From an uncultured Blautia sp. (GTDB lineage: Bacteria; Bacillota; Clostridia; Lachnospirales; Lachnospiraceae), in contig URHH01000001.1 in assembly GCA_900547615.1 (NCBI GenBank), positions 2,296-66,295 on the forward strand: a DNA stretch of 64,000 bases, written 5' to 3'. Positions 28,527 to 41,780 of this stretch are shown here, piece after piece. Position 1 is the first letter of the stretch; each line of letters opens with the position of its first letter. The position numbers and the translations under genes were made by a program. The notes beneath the pieces were generated by a model. It was not told the origin of the DNA. It did not search any database and was given only the letters and a program-made list of their open reading frames with translations.

Positions 28527-29801
28527 TTATTCTGCCAGTTTTAATTCGTCAAGTTTTCCCTGCATTTCCTCCAGGAAAGCATCATCTGGAACTGCTTTTG
28601 TCTCTGCAATCTTATTGTATACATCTCCGTAAAGAAGTTTCACTGCATTCCAGTCAGAATATTCTGTTGAAGGAACACCGGAAATAATTGTATCTGCAAG
28701 CATTGCGTTTCCTGCTTTCATAATCGCGTCTGAAGACTCCAGAATATCGCCAACTTCCTCAATCGGACTTAACACGCCGCCCATATTTGTGCAGTAGTCG
28801 TAATTTACCTCCGGATCAGCTATATACTCAAGGAATTTCTGTGCTGCTTCTGCGTTCTTGGAACCTTTCTGGATTCCCGCACACCATGCACCTGCTGTAG
28901 AACCTGCTCCCTGACTTCCTTTTGGAGCTGCGCCTATTACAAAGTTATTCGGAGCTGCGTTGTAGCTCGTTCCTGCCGGTCCCATGTGTGTAAAGGTGAG
29001 CCAAACATCCCCTTTATCAAGCGGCTCTGTAACTGCATTGTACTGATCCTGATTTGCATAAAAAGCATCTGCTTCCGCTATTTTTGCAATCACTCCCATT
29101 GCGTCTTTAAATCCCTGGGATGTAAACTCCGGGAAACTTCCGCCATATGCAAGGCTCATGCCTCCCATAGGATAAAGAAGCTGAGAACCGTCCATACTTG
29201 TAGGAAGCATGGTTTTTCCTTCTCCTTCCCCTTCTGCAATAGCAATTGCCCAGTCTGTATACTGCTCCCAGGTAAGTCCTTTTTCTACATCTTCCTGTGT
29301 CAGGCCTTCCGGAAGGTAATCAAGCGCTTTTACATTTGCAATTGTGATATACACATCAAAAGACATAGGAACAAAATATCTTGCATCTTCTTTGTTTGTA
29401 GAGCCATCAAACATTGTTGTATAAGTAACGCCTGTTCCGTCTACTGTTTCAGAAATATCTTCCATCCATTCTCCATTTACATAAGGCGCCATATTCGCTG
29501 TATCTACGATTAAAAGATCGGATACAATATTTCCAGTTTCCTGTTCTGTCTGTATTTTTTTAATTCCGTCTGCCTGTGTAATAAAATCAATCTCCACATC
29601 AATTCCTGTTTCTTCTTTAAAGCTTTCCAGAAAGCTTGATGTAATATACTCTTTTTCCTGAGGCTGTGAAGCATTGGTACACATAATTTTAAGTGTTCCG
29701 CCCTCTGTTCCTTCTGCTTTTACTGTAACTCCTGCCATCATGGAAGTCATTATTGCTGCTGTCAATAAAGCAGCCATCCATTTCTTTTTCATAACTTTCA
29801 T
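28527..29801 (-). CDS. extracellular solute-binding protein (family 1) of the sugar ABC transporter
   Basis: 424 aa. N-terminal signal peptide MKVMKKKWMAALLTAAIMTSMMAG. Confidence 0.8.
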   Translation of the reverse strand: MKVMKKKWMAALLTAAIMTSMMAGVTVKAEGTEGGTLKIMCTNASQPQEKEYITSSFLESFKEETGIDVEIDFITQADGIKKIQTEQETGNIVSDLLIVDTANMAPYVNGEWMEDISETVDGTGVTYTTMFDGSTNKEDARYFVPMSFDVYITIANVKALDYLPEGLTQEDVEKGLTWEQYTDWAIAIAEGEGEGKTMLPTSMDGSQLLYPMGGMSLAYGGSFPEFTSQGFKDAMGVIAKIAEADAFYANQDQYNAVTEPLDKGDVWLTFTHMGPAGTSYNAAPNNFVIGAAPKGSQGAGSTAGAWCAGIQKGSKNAEAAQKFLEYIADPEVNYDYCTNMGGVLSPIEEVGDILESSDAIMKAGNAMLADTIISGVPSTEYSDWNAVKLLYGDVYNKIAETKAVPDDAFLEEMQGKLDELKLAE

Positions 29802-29900
29802 CGTCCTTTCTTTTTATTTTTCTGTTGTTTTGATGGTATTATGATAACATTCAGGATATGAATTCCACAATGTACGAAAAAACAGGCTTTCCCCGCTTCA

Positions 29901-29916
29901 TTGTGCATATGCACAA
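29901..29916. promoter_or_regulatory. perfect 16-bp palindrome TTGTGCATATGCACAA (candidate operator) upstream of the ABC/phosphorylase operon
   Basis: Read directly from the sequence. A near-identical copy lies upstream of the CdaR-family regulator gene at 31164-31179. Confidence 0.45.
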
Positions 29917-29960
29917 AAGCCTGTATTCAAACCCCTGTTGTGGTCTAAATACAGGCTTTC

Positions 29961-31028
29961 TTACATATTCATTTTCACAATAGCAATATAAATATACATC
30001 AAATCTCTGGCGCATCTTGGATTCCTATCCAAAAGCTCTTCAATTCTCGACAGACGGTAATTCAGAGTATTTCTATGGATATGAAGCTGTTCACACACTA
30101 CGGCGTAATCCTGATTCCATTCCACATATGCACGCACAGTTTCTCTCAAAATTCCATCTACATCCTTTTCTTTTAATATGTCCATCATACGCCTTACTTC
30201 TTTAATTTCTTCAATATTGGCAAGAATACATTCCAGAGAAACTTCGCTGTAATGAAGAATTCTTTTCGTATTTCCCGTGGCTTTTGCCATTGCAAAAGTC
30301 TGCTCTGCCGTTCTTGTCGTTTTACCGGCAACTGTACTTGGTTCACCTACATAACACCCTGTAATTTCTTTGCTGAGTGCCAGTATTTTCCCCAGGCGCT
30401 CATCTAAATCGGTTTCAGAATCAAATAAAATCAGTGCATCTTCCATTCTCTGTCTTACAAGGTACTCACCCTTTCTCAGAAATCGCTTAATATTTTCAAA
30501 CAGACTGTAACGTATTCTTTTACAATTTATAATTACTGCCGTTCTCTGCATATGAAGGTCAATTCCAAGATAATTAGCTGTATCCAGAAATTCTCCTGTA
30601 TATTTTGGTTTTTGAACGCTGATCCACTCATACAGAAAGTCCTTCAGTCTGCTCTCCCTTATGGACGTCATCTCGCTGAAAATCTGATTTTCTATCATAA
30701 GCTGCGCTGTAATCACCACAATCTGACCAATCTGCATAACAGCTTCCACGTCCCCGCTGATTCCAATTACTCCCACAATATTTTTCGAATAAAAAATAGG
30801 CAGATTAATCCCTTTACGTTCTGTTTCCGTATCTTTATACACCACATAAGGTTTCTTCATCTCAATGGCTTTTACTGCTCCCTGATGAATGGTTCCAATT
30901 CTGTTCTCATCTCCACTGGCAATAATAATTCCGTCATAATCCATAATATTAATATTATAAGGTATAATCTGCATAATACGATCTGCAATTTTCTGTGCGC
31001 TTTCTGCGTCCAGAGAGGTTATATACAT
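29961..31028 (-). CDS. CdaR/PucR-family transcriptional regulator (sugar-diacid/glycerate regulator type)
   Basis: 355 aa. N-terminal putative sugar-diacid recognition domain plus C-terminal PucR-type HTH (...HRNTLNYRLSRIEELLDRNP). Confidence 0.8.
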   Translation of the reverse strand: MYITSLDAESAQKIADRIMQIIPYNINIMDYDGIIIASGDENRIGTIHQGAVKAIEMKKPYVVYKDTETERKGINLPIFYSKNIVGVIGISGDVEAVMQIGQIVVITAQLMIENQIFSEMTSIRESRLKDFLYEWISVQKPKYTGEFLDTANYLGIDLHMQRTAVIINCKRIRYSLFENIKRFLRKGEYLVRQRMEDALILFDSETDLDERLGKILALSKEITGCYVGEPSTVAGKTTRTAEQTFAMAKATGNTKRILHYSEVSLECILANIEEIKEVRRMMDILKEKDVDGILRETVRAYVEWNQDYAVVCEQLHIHRNTLNYRLSRIEELLDRNPRCARDLMYIYIAIVKMNM

Positions 31029-31163
31029 ATTCCACCTTCTTTCGTAGAACCTTTTCTTTCCGGCTTCTCTCCTCAGTCTTACGTTTTATTCTACTTTCCT
31101 GACATTAATTTGTCAATAATATTTCTGATAATTCAACCTATTATACAATATTTTCCATTTTAT

Positions 31164-31179
31164 TTGTGCATTTGCACAA
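31164..31179. promoter_or_regulatory. 16-bp palindrome TTGTGCATTTGCACAA (15/16 identical to the site at 29901) overlapping the -35 region of the CdaR gene promoter
   Basis: Read directly from the sequence. A TATAAT -10 lies ~20 nt downstream on the minus strand. Confidence 0.45.
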
Positions 31180-31228
31180 CTTTTTATAGTCAATTCACTT
31201 GCTTCACTCTTATACTTTGTGCTTGCAA

Positions 31229-31260
31229 ACAAAAAGACCTGGCCGCTATGCGACCAGGTC
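31229..31260 (-). terminator. rho-independent terminator of the isomerase gene
   Basis: Minus strand reads GACCTGGtcgcatagcggCCAGGTC followed by TTTTTGTTTG. Confidence 0.6.
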
Positions 31261-31271
31261 CATTTTCCTTC

Positions 31272-31958
31272 TTATTTTGCTTCCGGATATTCATTGCAAA
31301 GCAAACGGTATGGCGGCTCATCTTCCTCAATTTCCGGAAAACGTCCCATTTTTTCATAAAAGCGGTTGTCTGTGTTATCGTCATTACACTGGCTTACCTC
31401 TCCGATAAGCACAGGTCCTGTTCCTTCTTCAATCTCAAAATCGTGATACATATACGGATAAATGCTGATACTTTCTCCAGGCATCAATTTTACCTGTGTT
31501 CCTGCCGGAACGACCATTTCTCTTCCGTCAAGATGTACATGAACGTCGTTTACCTTATCAAGATCTTCATTCTCTGTAGAATTATAAACACGGATCAGAA
31601 GATTTCCTCCTCCCCTGTTTATAATATCTTCCATTTTATTCCAATGGAAGTGCATTGGGGAATACTGTCCTTCTTTTAAGTACAGCAGCTTTTCCGCATA
31701 AGATTTTGTATACTTGTCTTTCATTTTCAGATTTCCGTTTCGAATCGTGATCAGGGAAAATCCTACTTTGTCAAAATCTCCCAGACCGTAATCTGTAATA
31801 TCCCATCCCAGCATATTGTCGCGGACCTCGTCGTAATCATGCCCTTTTTCTTTCCATTCCTCCGGTGTAAAATTACAGAATGGCGGAAGAGAAAAACGAT
31901 AGTCACGAATCATATTTTCCATCTCTTTCAACGCTTTGTTGATTTCTGAACGCTTCAT
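31272..31958 (-). CDS. cupin-fold D-lyxose/D-mannose ketol-isomerase family protein
   Basis: 228 aa. Cupin metal motif MHFHWNKMEDII and a later YHDFEIEEG. Size and motifs match the YdaE/Z5688-type D-lyxose isomerase family. Confidence 0.55.
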   Translation of the reverse strand: MKRSEINKALKEMENMIRDYRFSLPPFCNFTPEEWKEKGHDYDEVRDNMLGWDITDYGLGDFDKVGFSLITIRNGNLKMKDKYTKSYAEKLLYLKEGQYSPMHFHWNKMEDIINRGGGNLLIRVYNSTENEDLDKVNDVHVHLDGREMVVPAGTQVKLMPGESISIYPYMYHDFEIEEGTGPVLIGEVSQCNDDNTDNRFYEKMGRFPEIEEDEPPYRLLCNEYPEAK

Positions 31959-32126
31959 AAGAAATCCTCCTCATAATATTTTGAACATATTATACAACAA
32001 ATCTAAAAATATATCTACTAATTATATACATTGTACAAATTTAAAAATGTGTATTCTCCTTGCCATTTCATTTTGCGAATGTTAAAATGAAAAGTACGAA
32101 AACCGCTGTTTACCGGAGGATATTTT

Positions 32127-32408
32127 ATGAATACCATGCCAATACCAGAATTGATTGAAAAGGTTTCTGCTATATGCAAAAGAAATAACATAAAGCATTT
32201 GAAACTTTTTGGCTCATTCGCCACCGGCACTGCCACGCCGACAAGCGATATAGATTTTGTAGTTTACGGATGCTCTGATATTATAAAGCTGGAAGAAGAT
32301 TTAACAGAAATAGATACGCTTCGAAAAATAGATATTTTTGATTATGACAGCATTCATAATCCCTTTTTATTGGAGGATATAGAAAAATATGGAAAACAAA
32401 TTTATTAA
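32127..32408 (+). CDS. minimal nucleotidyltransferase (MntA/HI0073-type antitoxin)
   Basis: 93 aa. GSFATGTATPTSDIDFVV is the GS-x9-DxD NTase motif. Confidence 0.8.
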   Translation: MNTMPIPELIEKVSAICKRNNIKHLKLFGSFATGTATPTSDIDFVVYGCSDIIKLEEDLTEIDTLRKIDIFDYDSIHNPFLLEDIEKYGKQIY

Positions 32409-32793
32409 CCGGTATCATACTTTCTGCAGAAGTTTAAAAAATCTTGAAAAAAGCAGATATGCCGACCCATCTGCCGACTTTGTACTAGAAGGAACTGTCT
32501 TAAATTTTAATCTCACCTTTGATATTTCCTGGAAAGTAATGAAAGATATTCTCATTAAAAAGCTGGAAATCCTGGATTTTGCAGTCGGTTCACCTCGGGA
32601 GACACTGCAGCAAAGTTTTAAAAACCATATTGTCACAGATGACAAATGGCTCCAAATGCTCCGTGTCCGCAATCAGCTTGCACACGACTATGATGGCACA
32701 TTCGCCGCAGAACAATTCCAGAATATAATCAATGTCTATTACCCTCTCTTTGAGGATTTTAAAAACACAGCAAAAAAATATTACACCGAATAA
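32389..32793 (+). CDS. HEPN-domain protein (HepT/HI0074-type toxin, nucleotidyltransferase substrate-binding family)
   Basis: 134 aa. Rx4-6H HEPN motif RVRNQLAH. It overlaps the upstream MNT gene by 20 nt. Confidence 0.75.
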   Translation: MENKFINRYHTFCRSLKNLEKSRYADPSADFVLEGTVLNFNLTFDISWKVMKDILIKKLEILDFAVGSPRETLQQSFKNHIVTDDKWLQMLRVRNQLAHDYDGTFAAEQFQNIINVYYPLFEDFKNTAKKYYTE

Positions 32794-32795
32794 AA

Positions 32796-32821
32796 CAAGC
32801 CACGGGAGTTCCCGTGGCTTG
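32796..32821. terminator. bidirectional terminator hairpin (caagccacggga-gt-tcccgtggcttg)
   Basis: 12-bp perfect stem between the convergent HEPN (+) and GH2 (-) genes. A T-rich tract lies on the minus-strand side. Confidence 0.5.
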
Positions 32822-32855
32822 TAAATTTCAGAAAAAGTTTTTAGGGTTTTAATAA

Positions 32856-37466
<4,611 letters not shown>

Positions 37467-37677
37467 TTATTTCTACTACACAATCCAGACTATATCATGC
37501 ATTTTTTATAAAATCCATATGTTTTTTTCTCATGTTTTATTGATTTTTTTATATTTTTTATGTTAACCCAAATTATTAATTGTATTTTTACATAAATTTC
37601 GCTTTTAATTCTATACAATTTACACCCAATTTTCACATGTTTTTGCATGGAAAATCGTGATTCTTTACATAAAAAAA

Positions 37678-37712
37678 GACCTTTTGCTGTATCAAGCAAA
37701 AAGTCTTTTTTG
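37678..37712. terminator. bidirectional rho-independent terminator (A7-hairpin-T6)
   Basis: gaccttttgct-gtatca-agcaaaaagtc stem, flanked by AAAAAAA and TTTTTT. It sits immediately after the Cys-rich protein stop on the minus strand. Confidence 0.6.
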
Positions 37713-37725
37713 AATAATAGGAGAA

Positions 37726-38028
37726 TTACTTCTCATCTCCTTCATTTTTATCCATTCTTGCGATGCGCTCTGCAAGCTCCTTATATTTTCCTGTAATATA
37801 TCCATAATTTTTGCGCTTATGAGGTACAATACAGTTTGTACAATCTTTATATCCACTTTCTGTGTAAGTAAAATTTCCTCCACAGTCTTTTCCCAACGCA
37901 TAAAGAGGGCAATAGCAGAAAAGACAGTTAAATTCCTCCGGATCTGCACCCTTATGGCAGGGAAAATATTCACATTTTTTATGGCTGAAAAAGGAAAACT
38001 CTTTTCCTTCCCAATATGGTTTCTCCAT
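37726..38028 (-). CDS. small cysteine-rich (zf-like, PF04071-type) domain protein under cobalamin-riboswitch control
   Basis: Start set at MEKPYWEGKEF (RBS AAAGGAGG 6 nt upstream). Nine Cys are present, in C-x2-FPCH...C-x2-C-x-CP...C-x3-C...C-x2-C spacing. Confidence 0.6.
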   Translation of the reverse strand: MEKPYWEGKEFSFFSHKKCEYFPCHKGADPEEFNCLFCYCPLYALGKDCGGNFTYTESGYKDCTNCIVPHKRKNYGYITGKYKELAERIARMDKNEGDEK

Positions 38029-38224
38029 CTTTGCCTCCTTTATACCTTCACGCACTTTCCTGTTGATATTCGTAAAATCTCTGTAAAAAAAGAGGGAGCG
38101 ATGCTACTTCGGTGTAGAAAAACAACTCATTCATAAGTGCGCGGAGGGAACGGTTGTATCCGAAGCAGTATCGCCTGCCATTTAATCATGTATAATTCGT
38201 ATGAACAGGCGCATTCCATAAAAA

Positions 38225-38460
38225 ATGCCCGCCTTCGAATAAAAGCGGACAACATCCCAGGGTGCGGAATCCCTGAAACTGGTCGTTACACTTTACACGG
38301 AAGCTTAACCTCGCCATATTAAGCAGGTTTCCTGACTTCAGAATCAACGCTTACCTCTCCTTCTCATGCTATGGCACAATGGATCTCTGAGGCTTACTCC
38401 TCTGTTACAGTGACCGGATCGCTCAGGACTTTCACCTGATTCCCTTTTCTGTTTTGTTCG
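38225..38460 (-). promoter_or_regulatory. cobalamin (B12) riboswitch #1
   Basis: Minus strand reads AAAAGGGAATCAGGTGAAAGTCCTGAGCGATCCGGTCACTGTAA ... AGTCAGGAAACCTGC. These are the conserved GGGAA/GGTGAAA core, the B12-box (GNCACTG) and the downstream GTCAGGAAACCTGC element. The leader is ~430 nt. Confidence 0.75.
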
Positions 38461-38512
38461 CTATGGTAACAAACAGCACTTAATACGTTCACTATGGAAT
38501 TATACTAACCAT

Positions 38513-38541
38513 ATAATACTACTTTTATCCAGTATTGTCAA
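38513..38541 (-). promoter_or_regulatory. sigma-A promoter for riboswitch #1 (TTGACA-17-TATTAT)
   Basis: Minus strand reads TTGACAatactggataaaagtagTATTAT, immediately upstream of the riboswitch 5' end. Confidence 0.5.
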
Positions 38542-38562
38542 GAACTTTCTTATAATTTCTTT

Positions 38563-39342
38563 TCATTTGCCGGAATAAAACAAAATTCTACTCTGCCCTC
38601 TTGTATCATCAACAATTTCAGCTTCTACTTCATAAACCTCTTTAATAAATTCCGGTGTTAATACTTGCTTGGGCGTACCTGAAGCTACTATTTTCCCCTC
38701 TTTTAAAGCATACAGTCTATCGCAGTACATAGAAGCTATATTCAAATCATGAATTACCGCTACAACTGTCTTCTTTTGCGCTTTTACAAGATTCATCAGT
38801 TCCAGCTGGTATTTTATATCTAAATGATTGGTAGGTTCATCCAATAAAAGACATGGCGTATCCTGCACAAGCGCTCTGGCGATAAAAGCTCTCTGCTTTT
38901 CTCCGCCGGATAAAGTAATAAAACTCTGTTCACGAATTTCATAAAGCCCTGTCGCCCGTAAAGTCTGATGAACGATTTCTCTGTCCGCCTCATTTTCAGA
39001 TTCCATCATTTTTTTCTTTGCATGACGCCCCATCATAACTACTTCTTCCACCGTAAAGTCAAAACTCGCTTCCTGTTCCTGAATTACAACAGCAAGCTGC
39101 TGTGCCATTTCCCGGTTGCTCATGGTAAGCAAATCCCGGTTCATAAACATAATTTTTCCTTCCTGTGGTTTCAAAACTTTGTATACATTTTTTAAGAGAG
39201 TGGATTTTCCACTTCCATTGGGACCAATTATTCCTACAAACTCGCCTTCATGTACCTGGAATCCTGCCTGTACCAGAATCTTCTTTTCTTTTATTTTAAA
39301 AGAAAGATTTTCCACCTGAAGCATTTTTCTCCCCCCTGTCAC
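38563..39342 (-). CDS. btuD: ABC transporter ATP-binding protein, FecE/BtuD-type (corrinoid/siderophore importer)
   Basis: 259 aa. Walker A GPNGSGKST, signature LSGGEKQRA, Walker B LLLDEPTNHLD. It belongs to a riboswitch-controlled operon with a BtuF-like SBP and a FecCD permease. Confidence 0.8.
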   Translation of the reverse strand: MTGGRKMLQVENLSFKIKEKKILVQAGFQVHEGEFVGIIGPNGSGKSTLLKNVYKVLKPQEGKIMFMNRDLLTMSNREMAQQLAVVIQEQEASFDFTVEEVVMMGRHAKKKMMESENEADREIVHQTLRATGLYEIREQSFITLSGGEKQRAFIARALVQDTPCLLLDEPTNHLDIKYQLELMNLVKAQKKTVVAVIHDLNIASMYCDRLYALKEGKIVASGTPKQVLTPEFIKEVYEVEAEIVDDTRGQSRILFYSGK

Positions 39343-40412
39343 TTAAATTCATAGCGGCGCACTTTTACCATCCAGAGGAATAAAGGCGCTCCCAGAAATG
39401 CTGTAAGGATTCCCACTGGAATTTCTGTTGGAGGATGTATCATCCTTGCTCCTACATCCACCCATATCATAAATACAGCGCCACATAGTGTGGCAATAGG
39501 AAGAAGCTTTCTGTGATCTGCTCCCACAACTGAACGTACAAGATGTGGTATTACAAGCCCTACAAATCCGATACATCCGCTTACAGCCACAGAAGACGCT
39601 GTAAGAATAGCAGTCACAACAATCAGTACGCGCCGTACCAGGTTTAAATCTACGCCTAAAGTAATAGCTGAATGCTCTCCCATCAACATGGCATTCAAGG
39701 ATTTTGAAAAATATAGCAAGATGAAAAAAGCTGGCAAAATAAAAATCGCAAGAATCGGAACATCTGACCACTTTGCACTTCCAAATCCTCCTAACATCCA
39801 AAATGTAGCTTCTCTTACAGAGGCATCATCCGGCGCAGTATACACAATATAATTTGTAAACGCTCCAAACATAGCAGAGACTGCTACCCCAACCAGAACC
39901 AGACGAACAGGAGTCACTGTATTTCCCCCTGCTGCCAAAATATAAACCAGAACCATAGAAAGCAATGCGCCCAAAAACGCGCCAAGCGGAATTCCCACTG
40001 CTGCTGCAAAAGGCACATTCAAGCCTGCAACCATCACAAGAACTGCACCCAGAGAAGCTCCTGACGAAATCCCCAAAACATACGGATCTGCCAGAGGATT
40101 CTTTGTAAATGCCTGCATTCCCACTCCCGCAAGAGTCAGAGACGCTCCTACAAGGCCACCCAGAATAACTCTGGGTAATCTTAAAAACCAGACAATATTA
40201 CCTGTACTCTCACGGATTCCTTCCAGAGAAACAACATCTCCCGCTCCCACAAATCCAAGCAGATTATGAAAGATTATTTTCCACACATCTGTAAAAGGGA
40301 TTCTTACCGGCCCAAGACCTACTCCCAGAACAACCGAGCACAATAATACTACAATTAAAATTCCCGAGCAGAGCCCTGTATGGTTTTTTACGAATTTACA
40401 AAATTTTTTCAT
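39339..40412 (-). CDS. btuC: FecCD-family ABC permease (BtuC-like)
   Basis: 357 aa, ~9-10 TM helices. Typical FecCD Gly-rich helices. Confidence 0.8.
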   Translation of the reverse strand: MKKFCKFVKNHTGLCSGILIVVLLCSVVLGVGLGPVRIPFTDVWKIIFHNLLGFVGAGDVVSLEGIRESTGNIVWFLRLPRVILGGLVGASLTLAGVGMQAFTKNPLADPYVLGISSGASLGAVLVMVAGLNVPFAAAVGIPLGAFLGALLSMVLVYILAAGGNTVTPVRLVLVGVAVSAMFGAFTNYIVYTAPDDASVREATFWMLGGFGSAKWSDVPILAIFILPAFFILLYFSKSLNAMLMGEHSAITLGVDLNLVRRVLIVVTAILTASSVAVSGCIGFVGLVIPHLVRSVVGADHRKLLPIATLCGAVFMIWVDVGARMIHPPTEIPVGILTAFLGAPLFLWMVKVRRYEFK

Positions 40413-40420
40413 GCCGCATA

Positions 40421-41425
40421 CTACTCAAAGCATTCCGGATGGAAAGCTTCTGCAAATTTTTCAATAGTATCCCCTGTCATAGAGCTGGCAAATACTTCGC
40501 AAAGATTTACAGATATAATACGATCCTCTTTGATTGCCGGGACATCTGCAAGCGCTGGATTTTCTTTCAGTTCTTTCATTTTCTGTTCCAGAGAAATGTC
40601 GCCATAATTATTGACTACAATAACTTCCGGAGCTCTTTCTACCACTTCTTCCCAGCTTACATTTGCCCAGGTTTCTTCCATATCTTTAAAAATATTCTCT
40701 CCGCCAGCATGCTCCATCAGTTTTGCTGTAAAGTTATCTCCGCATGTATATGCGCCGCCTTCCTGCGCCATATCATAAACGAAAGCTTTAACTGTGTCTG
40801 TACCTTCCACTGCTTTTTCAACTGTTTCTATCTGCTCTTTCATATCATTTACAATCTGCTCTGCTTTTTCTTCCATATCAAAAATGCGTCCCAGATTATA
40901 GAAATCTTCATATACTACATCCACATCTGCCCCTAATGTATATCCCTCAATAGAAGAAAGAGACATAATCCCGTATTGGCTCAGCGTATCATGAGTTGTA
41001 TTATTTTTTTCACTGAAAGCACTGGAACGGCCATATACAAAATCCGGTTCCTGAGCAAGAATTGTTTCTAAAGAAAGTGCTCCATCTCCAAGATTAGCAA
41101 TTTTCTCATATTCATCATTCCATTTCGGGTTAATTTTAGAGTTCGTATATGCTCTTCCGATAATTTTATCTCCGAGTCCCATTGCCATTAACTGGTCGCC
41201 TGCATTTGCATTTACTGCAAGAACTTTTTCCGGAACATGAGTAAAGGTTACTTCTGCATCGTCCTTTGTTTTCAAAGTAAACGGGAATCCCTCTGCTTCT
41301 TCTGTTTTTTCTGCTGCCTCTGTCTTTTCCTCTGCCATTACAGGAAATCCTGACCCACATACAGTTAAACTTACACCCATTGTTACTGCCAGCATGCTTC
41401 CCACTAATTTGTTTCTGATTTTCAT
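40421..41425 (-). CDS. btuF: periplasmic-binding-protein (cluster A-II, BtuF-like) lipoprotein of the corrinoid ABC importer
   Basis: Start set at MKIRNKLVGSMLAVTMGVSLTVCGSG (lipobox LTVC; RBS AAAGGAGAAAA). TroA/BtuF-like PBP domain. Confidence 0.8.
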   Translation of the reverse strand: MKIRNKLVGSMLAVTMGVSLTVCGSGFPVMAEEKTEAAEKTEEAEGFPFTLKTKDDAEVTFTHVPEKVLAVNANAGDQLMAMGLGDKIIGRAYTNSKINPKWNDEYEKIANLGDGALSLETILAQEPDFVYGRSSAFSEKNNTTHDTLSQYGIMSLSSIEGYTLGADVDVVYEDFYNLGRIFDMEEKAEQIVNDMKEQIETVEKAVEGTDTVKAFVYDMAQEGGAYTCGDNFTAKLMEHAGGENIFKDMEETWANVSWEEVVERAPEVIVVNNYGDISLEQKMKELKENPALADVPAIKEDRIISVNLCEVFASSMTGDTIEKFAEAFHPECFE

Positions 41426-41489
41426 TTGTTTTCTCCTTTTCATTTTTTCATGCGGACGCATCCTTCCAAAGCTCTTCCTTTACTGCCGA

Positions 41490-41522
41490 AACTAAAAAAA
41501 GACATCTGCCCAAAAGCAGATG
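41490..41522 (-). terminator. intrinsic terminator, expression platform of riboswitch #2
   Basis: Minus strand reads GACATCTGC-ttttgg-GCAGATGTC followed by TTTTTTT, ~60 nt upstream of the btuF RBS. Confidence 0.6.
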
Positions 41523-41529
41523 TCCAAAA

Positions 41530-41735
41530 TAAAATACACGTATAGTATCGGATTTTACTCAAACAGGTTGCCTTTACCGGAAGCTTCCTATCGTTCCTGT
41601 CAAGCAGGTTTCCTGACTTACGGATTATTGCTCCAGCGCCTTCTCACAGAATTTCTTCCGCAATGGCTTTGCTTTCACTCCCCGTTTACAGTGGCCGGAC
41701 CGTTCAGGCTTTTCACCTGATTCCCTTTTACCTCT
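41530..41735 (-). promoter_or_regulatory. cobalamin (B12) riboswitch #2
   Basis: Minus strand reads AAAAGGGAATCAGGTGAAAAGCCTGAACGGTCCGGCCACTGTAAACGG ... AGTCAGGAAACCTGC. It has a consensus B12 box (GCCACTG) and is paralogous to riboswitch #1. Confidence 0.8.
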
Positions 41736-41780
41736 TTTCGAGCACTTAACAAGTAAACTTAATTCATTTATACTTTTCCT

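Noticed and set aside
30552-31679. 375-aa plus-strand ORF
   Set aside because: It is antisense to the CdaR-family regulator and the cupin isomerase genes. The product is low-complexity (F/I/C/N-rich) with no RBS or motif. It is a typical antisense artefact in AT-rich DNA.
37490-37973. Two minus-strand ORFs (69 aa and 93 aa) around the Cys-rich gene
   Set aside because: One is an alternative frame of the Cys-rich gene. The other spans the bidirectional terminator and the AT-rich GH2 promoter region. Neither has an RBS.
38137-38322. 61-aa plus-strand ORF (and the 66-aa ORF at 41520-41720)
   Set aside because: Both lie inside the cobalamin riboswitch aptamers on the opposite strand.
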